DNA from: an uncultured delta proteobacterium
Lineage (GTDB): Bacteria; Desulfobacterota; Desulfomonilia; UBA1062
Direction of reading: 5' to 3'
Length of the DNA: 64,000 nucleotides
Assembly: GCA_963752595.1 (NCBI GenBank)
Contig: CAVVYZ010000001.1
Span: 1 to 64,000, forward strand
Shown: one piece after another, positions 32,875-43,263 of the stretch
Layout of the letters: every line of letters begins with the position of its first letter
How positions within the stretch are numbered: position 1 is the first letter of the stretch
Notes under the pieces: model-generated
What the model saw: the letters and a program-made list of their open reading frames with translations, nothing else
Told to the model about the DNA's origin: nothing
Databases searched by the model: none
Translations under genes and position numbers: made by a program

Positions 32875-33807
32875 TCCTTCACCGTGATGCTCTGCCGGGT
32901 ACTAGGATCGGCCGGGGCAGCCGTCACGCTGGTTACCGCCAGGTCCGGGCCTTTCACGGTGATGAAAAAAGCCCAGGGGTTGTTGTTATCATTGTTCTCT
33001 TTAACCGCATTCTGCGGGTCCACCATCATCCGGATTTCGTGAGCCCCGGGCCGGGTCAGCTTTACCGCAGGGATCTCGAATTCGTAATGGATCCCCTTTT
33101 CGGCCTTCATGATATGGGTGTCGGCCACCACATAGGCTCCCACGGGCTGTCCGTTCTCGGTTGCCTGTATCAGAAGCAGCCCTTTCGGCAGAAAGGCCGG
33201 CTGTTTTCCGATGTTCTCCAGGGCATGCAATGCGACCGTGACCGAGCTGCCGGATGTTATCTCTCTATTCAGCCCGGATACTGTTCTCCCATCGCACTTT
33301 GTATAAAAATCCCGTATAAACAGATCCGGCCATCCCGGGTCCCCCTTGGTCGGATCAATCACTTCCACCTGTAAATAACTTGTGTTGTCTGCCGGATTCA
33401 GATCTTCGGCGAGGTTGTAATGATTTATCGTTGCCTCGACAATATGTCTTCCTGCCGGCAGAGTGCCGGTACCAGACCCGAATAGACGATCGACACGGCA
33501 GTCATACGTCTGCCCCGGGCTCAAGGTTATGGATTGCGACCCCCACGGCCGGGTGGTGGCGCTTTACATGACATCGTCGTTCCGCTCAATCCCGAGATCC
33601 TTCAAAGGAGCCGGCGTACTGCCAACGTTCCTGATGGTCACAAAGTAGGTGAAGCCGGTACTGATCGTCCCCTGGAAAGGCTCAACCCCTGAAAGCTGTT
33701 ACGGCAAGATCATATTGTCCGGCAGCATACGCCTGCGGGCCTCCGGTGAGCGTCATTGCAATGGTAAGAAAAATGAAACACAGTCCGTGAATAAAAAGCC
33801 TCATCAT
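32875..33807 (-). pseudogene. Secreted CARDB-repeat protein, disrupted and truncated
   Basis: Signal peptide (…QAYA). DLAVT/PDLFI/PDLAVT repeat starts and EDLNPADN, VDPQNAVKENNDNNN repeat ends. A frameshift near 33688, an in-frame TAA near 33565, and a break early in the third repeat. Confidence 0.7.
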
Positions 33808-34021
33808 TGGTTGCCTCCTCTTGCCTTTTGTTACCGCGGTGTCGTTACGTATTTTATTGAACTCCATTTCCATGCTGCATTGTCCTTGAAATCTTAATAC
33901 ATTACAAGCAGAAGTATAGAGTCGATCCTGAAACTTTCTCTTGAAAATCATTTGCTCCTCAATTATAAACAATAAAGTAATACTTTAATGTTTAATTAAA
34001 AACATCCGCCAGGAGGGCATT

Positions 34022-35058
34022 ATGAAGACAAGAATCACCGAAATGATGGGCATTCAGTACCCGATCTTTCTTTCCGGCATGAGCTGGATCAGCGTACCCG
34101 AGATGGTGGCTGCCGTTTCGAATGCAGGCGGCCTGGGCATCCTCGCCACCGGTCCTCTGGAAAAGGAGCAGACCCGGGCATCCATCCGCCGGATCCGCAA
34201 GCTCACGGACAAACCCTTCGGGGCCAATGCCTCGCTTCTCTTCCCCGGCGCCAAGGAATCGGCGAAAGTCCTTCTGGAAGAGCAGGTCCCCGTCATCAAC
34301 TTCGCCCTGGGCAAAGGGGACTGGATCGTCGAGGAAGCACACAAGTACGGCGGCAAGGTCATCGCCACGGTGGTGAGCCCCCGGCATGCAAAGCGTGCGC
34401 AGGAGTACGGCTGCGATGCGGTCATCGCCACAGGCAACGAGGCTGCGGCCCACGGTGAATTCGTCACCACGTTCTGCCTTGTCCCGAGCCTGGTGAATGC
34501 CCTTTCTATCCCGGTGATAGCAGCCGGAGGCATAGCGGACGGCAGGGGCCTGGCCGCAGCGCTCGCGCTGGGCGCCGAGGGAGTGGCCATGGGGACCCGG
34601 CTCATGACCACCAAAGAAAGCCCGCTGCACCGGAACTATAAAGACCTCTCCATCACCAGGGATACACGGATACCCTCTACTCAAAGCGTATCGACGGCCT
34701 CTGGTGCCGCGTCCTCAAGACCGATACTGCGGAGCGGCAGAAGAAAAAGGGCCTGGACCTGCCCGCAGCATTCTTCAATGCTCAGGATATTGCGAGATCG
34801 CTGCATCTGCCCTTCCTGAAGCTCTTCATCGGCGTGCTGCTGTCCGGATGGAAGACCTCCATGCAGTTCGCTTATCTGGCCAACGCATCCAAGGCCTTCC
34901 AGCTGGCCACGGAAGACGGCGACCTCGAGAAGGGCATCCTGCCGGTTGGCCAGTGCACCGGCCTGATCAAAGACGAGCCTACGGTCAAGGAGCTGATCGA
35001 CCGGATGGTACAGGAGGCGGAAGGCATCGAGAAAAGGATGGCCGCCATCTTCTCATGA
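34022..35058 (+). CDS. Nitronate monooxygenase / FabK-like flavoprotein (one frameshift near 34665)
   Basis: YPIFLSGMSW, AAVSNAGGLG, GNEAAAHG, PVIAAGGIADGRG, GVAMGTR, C-terminal GQCTGLIKDEPTVKELI. Confidence 0.88.
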
Positions 35059-35095
35059 GCGCCCGGTAGGAAACGCACAAAGGACTGAAAAAGAC

Positions 35096-35809
35096 ATGGG
35101 CCTCAAAATAGGTGAGATAGCGAAGAGAAGCGGGGTCCCGGCCTCCACGATCCGGTATTACGTGAAGGAGGGGCTCCTCCCTTACCCGGAGAGGATCAAC
35201 AAAAAGATGGCCTACTATGACGAGGCCTGCATCAGGAAGCTCGAAGCGATCCAGCACCTCCAGGAAAAGAAGTACTACCCCCTCTCCGTGATCAGGAACA
35301 TCCTCCGCCGCATGGATGACGGCTTCAGCCTCGAAGAATCCGAGGAAGTGGAGAATGCCGTGTTCTCCCCCATGGCCGGAGGCGAGACGGATCTGGTGGA
35401 CCGCCCTGAGTTCCTGCGATTGACCGGGCTTACTCCCGGGCAGCTCGACGAGGCGGAGAAGATCGGTCTCGTCATGCCCTACTTAAGGGAAAAAAAGAAG
35501 GTGTTCTACAACCAGGAAGACATCACCATAGCCCGGGATGCTGTCCGGCAGGTCTACCGGTACGGTCTCGACCCCAAGGATCTGGAGTTTTATGTCCGCC
35601 TCGCCCGCGAGATTACCGACCACGAGGTGGCGCTCCGCAGGAAGATCACCAGCGGCATGTCCGCAAAGGGCAATGCCCGGATAACCACTGACCTCACCCG
35701 GGCAGCCAATCTTTTCCGCAGCTATATCTTAAGGAGGCTCCTCCAGCAGAAGATCCAGACCCGCATCCAGCGGAGCCTCGGCAGGACGAAGAACGATCCG
35801 CAGGAGTAG
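35096..35809 (+). CDS. MerR family transcriptional regulator
   Basis: LKIGEIAKRSGVPASTIRYYVKEGLL plus a second degenerate MerR-like segment. Confidence 0.9.
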   Translation: MGLKIGEIAKRSGVPASTIRYYVKEGLLPYPERINKKMAYYDEACIRKLEAIQHLQEKKYYPLSVIRNILRRMDDGFSLEESEEVENAVFSPMAGGETDLVDRPEFLRLTGLTPGQLDEAEKIGLVMPYLREKKKVFYNQEDITIARDAVRQVYRYGLDPKDLEFYVRLAREITDHEVALRRKITSGMSAKGNARITTDLTRAANLFRSYILRRLLQQKIQTRIQRSLGRTKNDPQE

Positions 35810-35893
35810 CACTCTGATGACGAGAGATGCTGAAGAATGGGCATCAAGTTGTCATTCTTGGCAGGACAGTGACAAAGCCTCTCTGACCAAGAT

Positions 35894-36850
35894 TCACCCC
35901 AATTCTTTATCCTTGTCAGTCCTATGAATTCTATCATGACAAACAGTACAAAGCGTCTTGAGGTTCTCTTCAGTATTATCACCCTTCTGGACATGGGGTT
36001 TGATATGGTGCAATTCCAAATGGCGAGGATCAGATGGATTCCATTCTTCATGTGACCATCCGCAATTCTTACATCTATAACTATCACGCCTGAGGACTTC
36101 TCTTCTGACATCGTCAGGGATTTTACGATCATGTTCTGGGCTTTGTCGATCCGCTTGTAATACATAAGCGCCCACCGGTAAATCCGGGTTGCCTGTTGTC
36201 TTGGTCATAATAGGCCAACCGAATTCGGTACGAAGTTCACGGACTCTCCTGGCCCACTCGGTCTTATTACCGGCCACATAACGAAGTTCTTCACCGGTTA
36301 CGGGAAGCCCGACATTCTCCCTTAAAAATCTTAGGATCTTATCACGCACCGATGCTTTTTCTTTGCGTATCCTATTGGCAATATTCCATCGGTGTGCAGC
36401 ATCGCGGTCTTGCTGTTCGCTGAGGAGAATATATTCATCCGGTTTCATCTTTTTCAGTTCTTCGGGAATCTCCTCTTCTTCTGCATCTTCCATTTCCTTG
36501 ATCGTTACCCCTGTAGCTATCGACCAACCGAACTGAACTCTCAATTCTCTAATTCTTCTTGCATATTCCTGGATACCGGATACAACAAGAAGCTCATCTC
36601 CTTTAATGACTACTTCCGGATAGCTTCGGAAATACTGGAGGATACGATCCCTGGCCGCAGATTGATACTTTTCCGGAATCAAGGATTTGCCGAGATTTCT
36701 CAGGCTTTTAAAAATCGGTATAAGGGCAAGGACCTTTGGCCGTAGTCCGCTCGATTGAAGCTCGGTTTTAAATTCCTTGATTAAAATCTCTACCTTTTGC
36801 CTTAGTTCTTCCGGATCAGTTGCTTTCGATGAGCCCTTAACTTTTGCCAT
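35894..36850 (-). CDS. HNH endonuclease with a duplicated winged-helix-like repeat; putative restriction enzyme
   Basis: YARRIRELRVQFGWSI and WARRVRELRTEFGWPI repeats. VLRRDSYRCKNCG...LELHHIKP...GDNTEENLKTLCTVCHDRIH. The start overlaps vsr. Confidence 0.85.
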   Translation of the reverse strand: MAKVKGSSKATDPEELRQKVEILIKEFKTELQSSGLRPKVLALIPIFKSLRNLGKSLIPEKYQSAARDRILQYFRSYPEVVIKGDELLVVSGIQEYARRIRELRVQFGWSIATGVTIKEMEDAEEEEIPEELKKMKPDEYILLSEQQDRDAAHRWNIANRIRKEKASVRDKILRFLRENVGLPVTGEELRYVAGNKTEWARRVRELRTEFGWPIMTKTTGNPDLPVGAYVLQADRQSPEHDRKIPDDVRREVLRRDSYRCKNCGWSHEEWNPSDPRHLELHHIKPHVQKGDNTEENLKTLCTVCHDRIHRTDKDKELG

Positions 36851-37253
36851 GTAGAAACCCCTCCAGTTTACCGAGCAATTCATCAGGTTTTCTCGTTTCG
36901 CATTGCCAGATAACGAGAACCTTCCATCCTTGAGATATCAATTCCGATTCAAAGCGCTTATCACGCTCAATATTCAGATCAAGCTTCCGGTTCCAGAACT
37001 CTACATTCGTTGTCGGCCTTTTAGATCGCGGACAGCCTTCATGACCATGCCAGAAACAGCCATGAACGAAGATCACTTTTTTATGTCTCTGCAAAACGAT
37101 ATCCGGATTTCCGGGAAGGCGGCGTACATTGACCCTGAACCGATAACCCATTTTATGTACTGATGACCTCACAAGGATCTCCGGCTTTGTATCGCGTCCT
37201 TTGACGCGCCCCATTATCCGGCTTCGTTTCTCCGGTGAAAAAACATCGGTCAT
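36837..37253 (-). CDS. vsr: Very-short-patch repair endonuclease
   Basis: MTDVFSPEKRSRIM..VK..DTKPE, LPGNPDIV, FVHGCFWHGH, GWKVLVIWQC. Confidence 0.95.
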   Translation of the reverse strand: MTDVFSPEKRSRIMGRVKGRDTKPEILVRSSVHKMGYRFRVNVRRLPGNPDIVLQRHKKVIFVHGCFWHGHEGCPRSKRPTTNVEFWNRKLDLNIERDKRFESELISQGWKVLVIWQCETRKPDELLGKLEGFLHGKS

Positions 37254-37254
37254 G

Positions 37255-38472
37255 TTATTTAGTGTTCATCGTAAGAAGCAGATAGACGACATCAGCCACA
37301 CGGGCCGCTAAGAGAGGGGGAACAGCATTCCCTATTTGTTTGGCGATCTCGATTTTCGATCCTTTGAAAGCAAAGTCGTCGGGGAATGATTGTAATCGCG
37401 CTGCTTCGCGATGCGTTATCGGGCGATGCTGTTTAGGATGAAGATATCGCCCCTTCTCAGGTTTGAAGAATTCCGTCCGAATCGTGAATGCCGGTCTATC
37501 CCACCATAATCTTCCGAAGAGGTCGGTGCCTCCGCTTTTCTTCCGTATCCAGCAGTCAGGTGTGAGGTCCGGTGCCATTCTCTGTAGGTCGAACCGGTTC
37601 ATTCCCTCATCAGGTATGGATTTGTACCTTGCAATGCTCAACGGAGTCGGTGTCCTGCCGAAGTGAAGGTCCATAGGCGGATCGATATTTCGGATTTCAG
37701 TACCTTCCGGCTGAGGTAAATCAGCTATAGCATCCTGGACGGTTCGCCATTTTTCTGCATTCGGCAAGTACCCATCTCTTGAACCATCAATCAATGTTGA
37801 TTGGACCACACCTTTTGACGGATCGAAATGTGACTTCCGTGGCGGGAAGACGAGAGCCGGGTTGAAATGCTTACAGCCGATAATAAATGCCCTTTTCCTT
37901 GCTTGAGGGACACCGTAGTCGGTAGCACAAAGTTTGTCGCTCCATACATGAAAACCCATTTCTTTAGCCATGTGAATGATTTCGTCATGTTCAGAAGATC
38001 CCAGGATTTGCGGAACGTTTTCCATTACAAAGATTCCGGCTCCCGACCGTTTGACGACTTCGAAAAACGGTCGCCAGAGTTCTTTTCTCGGATCGACCTC
38101 GCGATTTTTATTCAAAAGGCTAAAACCCTGACAAGGCGGCCCGCCGATGACCACATCGGCTTCCGGAATTTCTATCTTCGGGTTTTTAAGTATGTCTACG
38201 ACATCACCAGGAAGACAGTGATCACCAAAGTTTGCATTGTAAGTTTTGACACAATAGCCATTAAAATCATTGGCCCATACAGAATCGAAAGCATGACCGA
38301 ACCTCTTGGAAAATCCCAGCGTCATGCCTCCGGCCCCGGCGAATACATCTATAAGTCGATATCTTTTAGGAGCTGTTATAATGCTTCCGCTGACTCTCGC
38401 ATCATATACAAGCTGCTCTTCTCGTAACAACCATTCGGAATAAGATATTTCCTCTGCGATCTCATATTTCAT
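37255..38472 (-). CDS. dcm: DNA (cytosine-5)-methyltransferase
   Basis: FAGAGG (motif I), GGPPCQGFS (IV), MENV (VI), PQARKR (VIII), REAARLQSFP (IX), QIGNAVPP (X). Confidence 0.95.
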   Translation of the reverse strand: MKYEIAEEISYSEWLLREEQLVYDARVSGSIITAPKRYRLIDVFAGAGGMTLGFSKRFGHAFDSVWANDFNGYCVKTYNANFGDHCLPGDVVDILKNPKIEIPEADVVIGGPPCQGFSLLNKNREVDPRKELWRPFFEVVKRSGAGIFVMENVPQILGSSEHDEIIHMAKEMGFHVWSDKLCATDYGVPQARKRAFIIGCKHFNPALVFPPRKSHFDPSKGVVQSTLIDGSRDGYLPNAEKWRTVQDAIADLPQPEGTEIRNIDPPMDLHFGRTPTPLSIARYKSIPDEGMNRFDLQRMAPDLTPDCWIRKKSGGTDLFGRLWWDRPAFTIRTEFFKPEKGRYLHPKQHRPITHREAARLQSFPDDFAFKGSKIEIAKQIGNAVPPLLAARVADVVYLLLTMNTK

Positions 38473-38620
38473 AAATATATTTTAGCATGTTTATCCTTAC
38501 ACATCTATGTGGACTTATGATTATCGGCCTGCATTATTTTCGGGTAATCGGGATAGGCTCGGGAAGATAATTAAATATGCTGTCCCCAGAACTTCAAGGA
38601 CCCCTGGTGTATCGTTTCGA

Positions 38621-39109
38621 TCAGCTGGTTCTTTTTTTTACTCCAGCCTTGCTCTTCGTTCCCTTACGTTTGCGGTATGCATTATAATCGGGCAGCAGGC
38701 GATTGTATTCTCCCTCCATCAGGGGCGAGGAAATCATGAAATCAGCAGATGACCGGTTGCAGGCAATGGGGATGTTCCAGACTACTGCCATCCGCAAGAG
38801 GGCTTTAACATCGGGATCGTGGGGCATCGGCTCGAGGGGGTCCCAGAAGAAGATCAGAAAGTCGATCTCGGCATCCGCAATCTTGGCCCCGATCTGCTGA
38901 TCGCCGCCCAACGGCCCGCTCTGGAGCTTCGTAATCCCGAAGCCGAGCTCCCGTTCCAGGATGTCTCCGGTGGTACCTGTTGCATAGATCTTGTGGTGCG
39001 CCAGGAGGTCGCGGTTGAACTTTGCCCATTCAAGAAGGCCGCTCTTCTTATGATCATGGGCCACCAGGGCTATCCTTTTATCATGCTCCATGACGATTTT
39101 CTGATCCAT
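38621..39109 (-). CDS. mgsA: Methylglyoxal synthase
   Basis: [54 protein letters not shown] before the ATG at 39109. Confidence 0.95.
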   Translation of the reverse strand: MDQKIVMEHDKRIALVAHDHKKSGLLEWAKFNRDLLAHHKIYATGTTGDILERELGFGITKLQSGPLGGDQQIGAKIADAEIDFLIFFWDPLEPMPHDPDVKALLRMAVVWNIPIACNRSSADFMISSPLMEGEYNRLLPDYNAYRKRKGTKSKAGVKKRTS

Positions 39110-39345
39110 ACTTCCTCCCTTTGATTGTGCTGAAACACTGCTGGCAGGACGGCAGGCTATCCGGTGAATGTCCGAGGTGCCGGTGTTTCTGAACACGATC
39201 TCTTTGAAAAGCTGTGGATTAATATATTGTAAATAATTAGGAACCATCCGGAACGGTTTCAACCCCTAAGGCCGGCATAGAATAAATGAGATGGAGCTTG
39301 ACCGGCTCGATAAACAGGGCATACCTGAAGATGAGGAGATTTTTG

Positions 39346-39549
39346 ATGAACGGAAGGAACCGTAGCGATATCAAACCGGGATCGCGTGTACGAATAGTAC
39401 AGAAACAGGACCAGCAATCCGGAAGGCTGACCGAGGGAACAGTAAAAGACATCCTGACGAACTCGCCGACCCATCCCCACGGGATCAAGGTGCGCCTGGT
39501 GAGCAGTGAAGTGGGGCGGGTGAAAGAGATCCTTGCCGGACAATCCTGA
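39346..39549 (+). CDS. YwbE (DUF2196) family small protein
   Basis: MNGRNRSDIKPG..V.IVQKQDQ.SG.LTEG.VKDILT.S..HPHGIKVRL..GRVKEI. RBS GAGGAG. Confidence 0.88.
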   Translation: MNGRNRSDIKPGSRVRIVQKQDQQSGRLTEGTVKDILTNSPTHPHGIKVRLVSSEVGRVKEILAGQS

Positions 39550-39798
39550 CCCTCAGGCACGTTATTTCCGTTTCTTGCCGGCTCTTACGGTGCCGTTCTT
39601 TCCCATTTATTCCTATTACATTATCAGTGCTTCCTTGATGGCCGAGAGGCCTGCGAAATAGGCCCTGGTCCACATCAGGGGGATCTGGGGCAAATAGCAA
39701 GACCTGACCTCTGATAACCCAAGAACCTTTAGGTTCCATAAATTATACATATTTATATTTCTCATAATGGATTCTCTTCCATGCAATAGGAGGTTCCC

Positions 39799-40278
39799 AT
39801 GAGGACGATGTTTGTTTTCAGAAAAATGAGAGGACTTTCTCTTTTTCTGACCATATTTTTCGTTTTCGCATGCAGTGGAGGCGGAGACGGAAGCGATGAC
39901 AGTGACCCTCTATCAAGGGAGGACAATGACTCAGCAGCAAGCGAGGATACCGCACTCGCTGTTGTTTCGGCATCCCCGTCAAACGGATCATTGGGGGTTC
40001 AAACGGATACTCAGATAGACATTACTTTCAATAATGCCATTGATCCATGTACGATTAACATCAATACCTTCACGGTAAGCGTAAACAGGGTTTCTATCCC
40101 GGGAGACATATGTATAAACGACAACATACTTACCTTTTACCCGCGGCATCTGTTGTCAAACGGCGAAACCTATACGCTTAAGCTATCAACCGGAGTGAAA
40201 GATCTTGACGGCAATCCTCTGCCTCTCGATTTCATCGCTACATTCACTACTGCAAATACTGATCAGATGACCCTTTAG
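39799..40278 (+). CDS. Lipoprotein with a bacterial Ig-like (Big_5/SbsA) domain
   Basis: Lipobox-like VFAC followed by SGGGDG. SPSNG...IDITFN..ID, LTFYP...L...TYTL....VKDLDGNPL....FTT. Confidence 0.8.
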   Translation: MRTMFVFRKMRGLSLFLTIFFVFACSGGGDGSDDSDPLSREDNDSAASEDTALAVVSASPSNGSLGVQTDTQIDITFNNAIDPCTININTFTVSVNRVSIPGDICINDNILTFYPRHLLSNGETYTLKLSTGVKDLDGNPLPLDFIATFTTANTDQMTL

Positions 40279-40350
40279 CTGTCCTCAGGGTCAGTAAAGG
40301 GGATAGTTTTTACCAGTAAAGCGAAACCTGACACTGATACCGTTAAAGAG

Positions 40351-40372
40351 AAAAGTGAACCCGTCCCGATTT
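40351..40372 (-). repeat. GGGAC-type short intergenic element
   Basis: The reverse complement of 40352-40372 (AAATCGGGACGGGTTCACTTT) matches 45790-45810 (AAATGGGGACGTGCTCACATT) at 17/21. Confidence 0.45.
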
Positions 40373-40548
40373 ACCCGGCTAAAGCCTGTTTGGTGAGGCT
40401 TAAGGCAGGATGCGAAGATGTCGCCTTGTCTTCGAGAGATATAGCTGTACCATGTAACAGTAGACACGTTTCAATAGCCTCTACGGCAGCCGGATTATTC
40501 TGAAGTCGCAGCGGTGGCCGGAACCAGGGCGAGCGACTCGAGAACCTT

Positions 40549-42500
40549 ATGCAGAATGCAAGTGATGCCGTTATCATTGCCGGCGAGGATCTCAAGATCA
40601 TGGAGGCAAACACCTTTGCCCGGGAAATGTATGGATACGGCAAGGATGAGTTTACCGGCATGGATCTGATCGATCTCACGGCGCCGGATAAAAGAGACAG
40701 CATCGAGACCGTCATACGCCTCATCAGAGAGAAACACCAAGACAGATTCGAAACAATGCATGTAAAGAAAGACGGAACCGTGTTCCCGGTTGAGATCAGC
40801 ATCAGCGAGATGGAGATCTCGGGTATAAAGGTTTTGATGAGCATCATCCGCGACCTCGCCGAACGCAAGCGATCCGCAGAGGCTTCATCCTGCATCGACC
40901 GTCAGTTCAGGCTGATCTTGGATGCAGGACCTACGCTGCTTTCGTACATAGGCGCTGACACCCGCTATCGCTGGGTTAACGGAAACTATGAGAAATGGTT
41001 AGGCCGAACCGCCGAAGAGTTCCGCGGGATGAAGGTGCGGGAAGTTCTGGGCGAGGCGGCCTGGCGCAGCATCCGGCCGTACATAGAACGGGTACTGTCC
41101 GGGAAACAGTCACCTACGAGCAGGAACTGCTTCTCCCTAAAATAGGACCGCGCTGGGTGCACATAACCTATACGCCCGACCGCGACGAATCAGGGCGCGT
41201 TCGAGGGTTTGTACTGCACGTCATAGATATCAGTCATCACAAGAAAGCGGAAGAGGCATTGCGCATCTCCGAAGCACGCTTCCGGAATCTTTTCGAACAA
41301 ACGCCGCTGAGTATACAGATCCTCCATCCTGGCGGACGGACACTTGAAGTCAATAATGCATGGAAAAGTCTCTGGGGGCTGACGTACGACTTGGTAAGAG
41401 AGTACAACATACTCCAAGACAGGCAACTGGTAGATAGCGGCATCATGCCTTACATACAGAAAGGTTTTGCCGGAGAGATAACCGATGTTCCGGTGACTCT
41501 GTATGATCCGGCCAAGATCGGCATTCCCGGAAGGCCCCGGTGGGTAAGGGCCTTGATCTATCCGGTAAAAAGTGAAAACGGTAGTATTCTTCAGGTTGTA
41601 CTGATGCATATAGACGTAACCGAACTTGTGGAGGCGCAATCTGCTTTGAGAAAAGCCAAAGATAATCTGGAAAGCCTCGTAGAGGAGCGGACGAAAGAGC
41701 TCGCGGAAAGGAACAAAGAGCTGATTCAGGAAGTGGCAGAGCGCAGAAAAGCCGAAGAAGAGAAGAGCAAAGTAGAGATGCAGCTCGTTCAATCCCAGAA
41801 AATAGATGCTCTGGGAAGGTTTGCCGGCGGTATTGCCCATGACCTGAACAATATCCTCTATCCCATCATCATCAACACCGAGATGCTTCTTGACGATGCC
41901 GACCCGGGGACAGAGCTTTATGAAATGCTGGATCAGACGTTGCAGGCAGCTCGCCGGCAAAAGGACCTGGTAAGGCAGATCCTCTCCTTCAGCAGGAAGA
42001 GCGAGCAGAAGCTTGAGCCCATAGAGACGGCACCCCTGGTAAAGGAGACGCTCGCATTTTTACGCTCTTCACTGCCCAGCACCATCGAGATCAGATCTCA
42101 TATCAATGTTCGCGAAGATATGATCATGGGAGATTCGGGCCAGATTCAGCAGGTTATCATGAATCTCTGCAGAAATGCCGCAGATTCACTGGAATCTCAG
42201 AGTGGTGTTATCGAGGTAAGCCTTGAAAACATCCGGGTAGAGTCGCTCCCGGGTCATCCGGAAATGAAACCGGGCGAATATCTTCGTCTGAACGTGAAGG
42301 ATACGGGCCGCGGGATGACAGCCGATGAGCTTGAGAAAATCTTTGAGCCGTTCTTTACTACAAAGGAAGTCGGGAAAGGCAGCGGAATGGGACTGGCCAT
42401 CATTCATGGGATCGTGAAGGACCACGGCGGCGTCGTTACGGTGGAGAGCGAGCCGGGAAAAGGTTCTCTCTTTACCGTGTATCTACCCTCTCTCCGCTGA
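40549..42500 (+). CDS. Three-PAS histidine kinase without receiver domain (one frameshift near 41103; start uncertain)
   Basis: PAS repeats, then GRFAGGIAHDLNNILYP, NLCRNA, DTGRGM, FEPFFTTK, GSGMGL. Ends at VYLPSLR. Confidence 0.87.
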
Positions 42501-42555
42501 AAAACTCAGATAAAACGAAAGAGCATCAAAGCACTCATAATAACCATGGGAAAGA

Positions 42556-42597
42556 GGGGAGACCCACGTATAGAGAACCCGGCCTCCCCATTTTTTT
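42556..42597 (+). terminator. Rho-independent terminator between convergent genes
   Basis: GGGGAGACC...GGCCTCCCC stem (one mismatch) followed by a T7 run. Confidence 0.55.
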
Positions 42598-42604
42598 CTC
42601 AAGC

Positions 42605-43111
42605 TCAACCCAGGCAATCGGCGAGCTTGTCGAAGGATTCGCTCCATCCCTGCTGTATATCGTTACGATCAGAGTCTTTGATCCTGTCGATGCCTGAATG
42701 CTTCAGGGTGAGCTTCGTCTTTCCTCCATCTTCTTCGAACGTCACCGTCACCAGCATTTCAAGCGGCCGGTCTCCGCTCATTCCATAGTACGAAGCAGGG
42801 ACAATGTTGCCTTTCTCATCCGCAAAGGAATCGGTCATGACGAGCCGTTCCGATTCTTTGATTTCGCGAAACTCGCCTTTGCTCCAGAATTCCTTGCCGT
42901 CGGGCGATCGCATGCTGTTGATATATTTTCCTCCCACGTGGGGATCTATCTTACATGCAGGGGCAGTGAAGCCTTTGGGCCCCCACCATCGAGTCAGGCG
43001 GTCACAATCCGTCCAAGCCTTGAACACACGCTCGCGCGGTGCGTCGAAGATGCGCGTGATCACAAGCTCATCCTTCGCGGACTCTCCGGAAGAACTTCCT
43101 ATCGTAGCCAT
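42605..43111 (-). CDS. SRPBCC / AHSA1 domain protein
   Basis: LVITRIFDAPRERVFKAWTD...WWGPKGF, ERLVMTDSFADE, GWSESFDKL. Confidence 0.92.
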   Translation of the reverse strand: MATIGSSSGESAKDELVITRIFDAPRERVFKAWTDCDRLTRWWGPKGFTAPACKIDPHVGGKYINSMRSPDGKEFWSKGEFREIKESERLVMTDSFADEKGNIVPASYYGMSGDRPLEMLVTVTFEEDGGKTKLTLKHSGIDRIKDSDRNDIQQGWSESFDKLADCLG

Positions 43112-43263
43112 GTTTTCTCTCCTTTCTTGTTATTCAGCTTTGCGGCCGTGTGCGATCCGGCCGGTGCACTATCGGTGCATTATTATATTTAGATGCAAAA
43201 AATTATGAGATGGATCATCTGCATTCTCAGGTGACGCCAAATGAGTGACCGCGCCGGGGAAGC

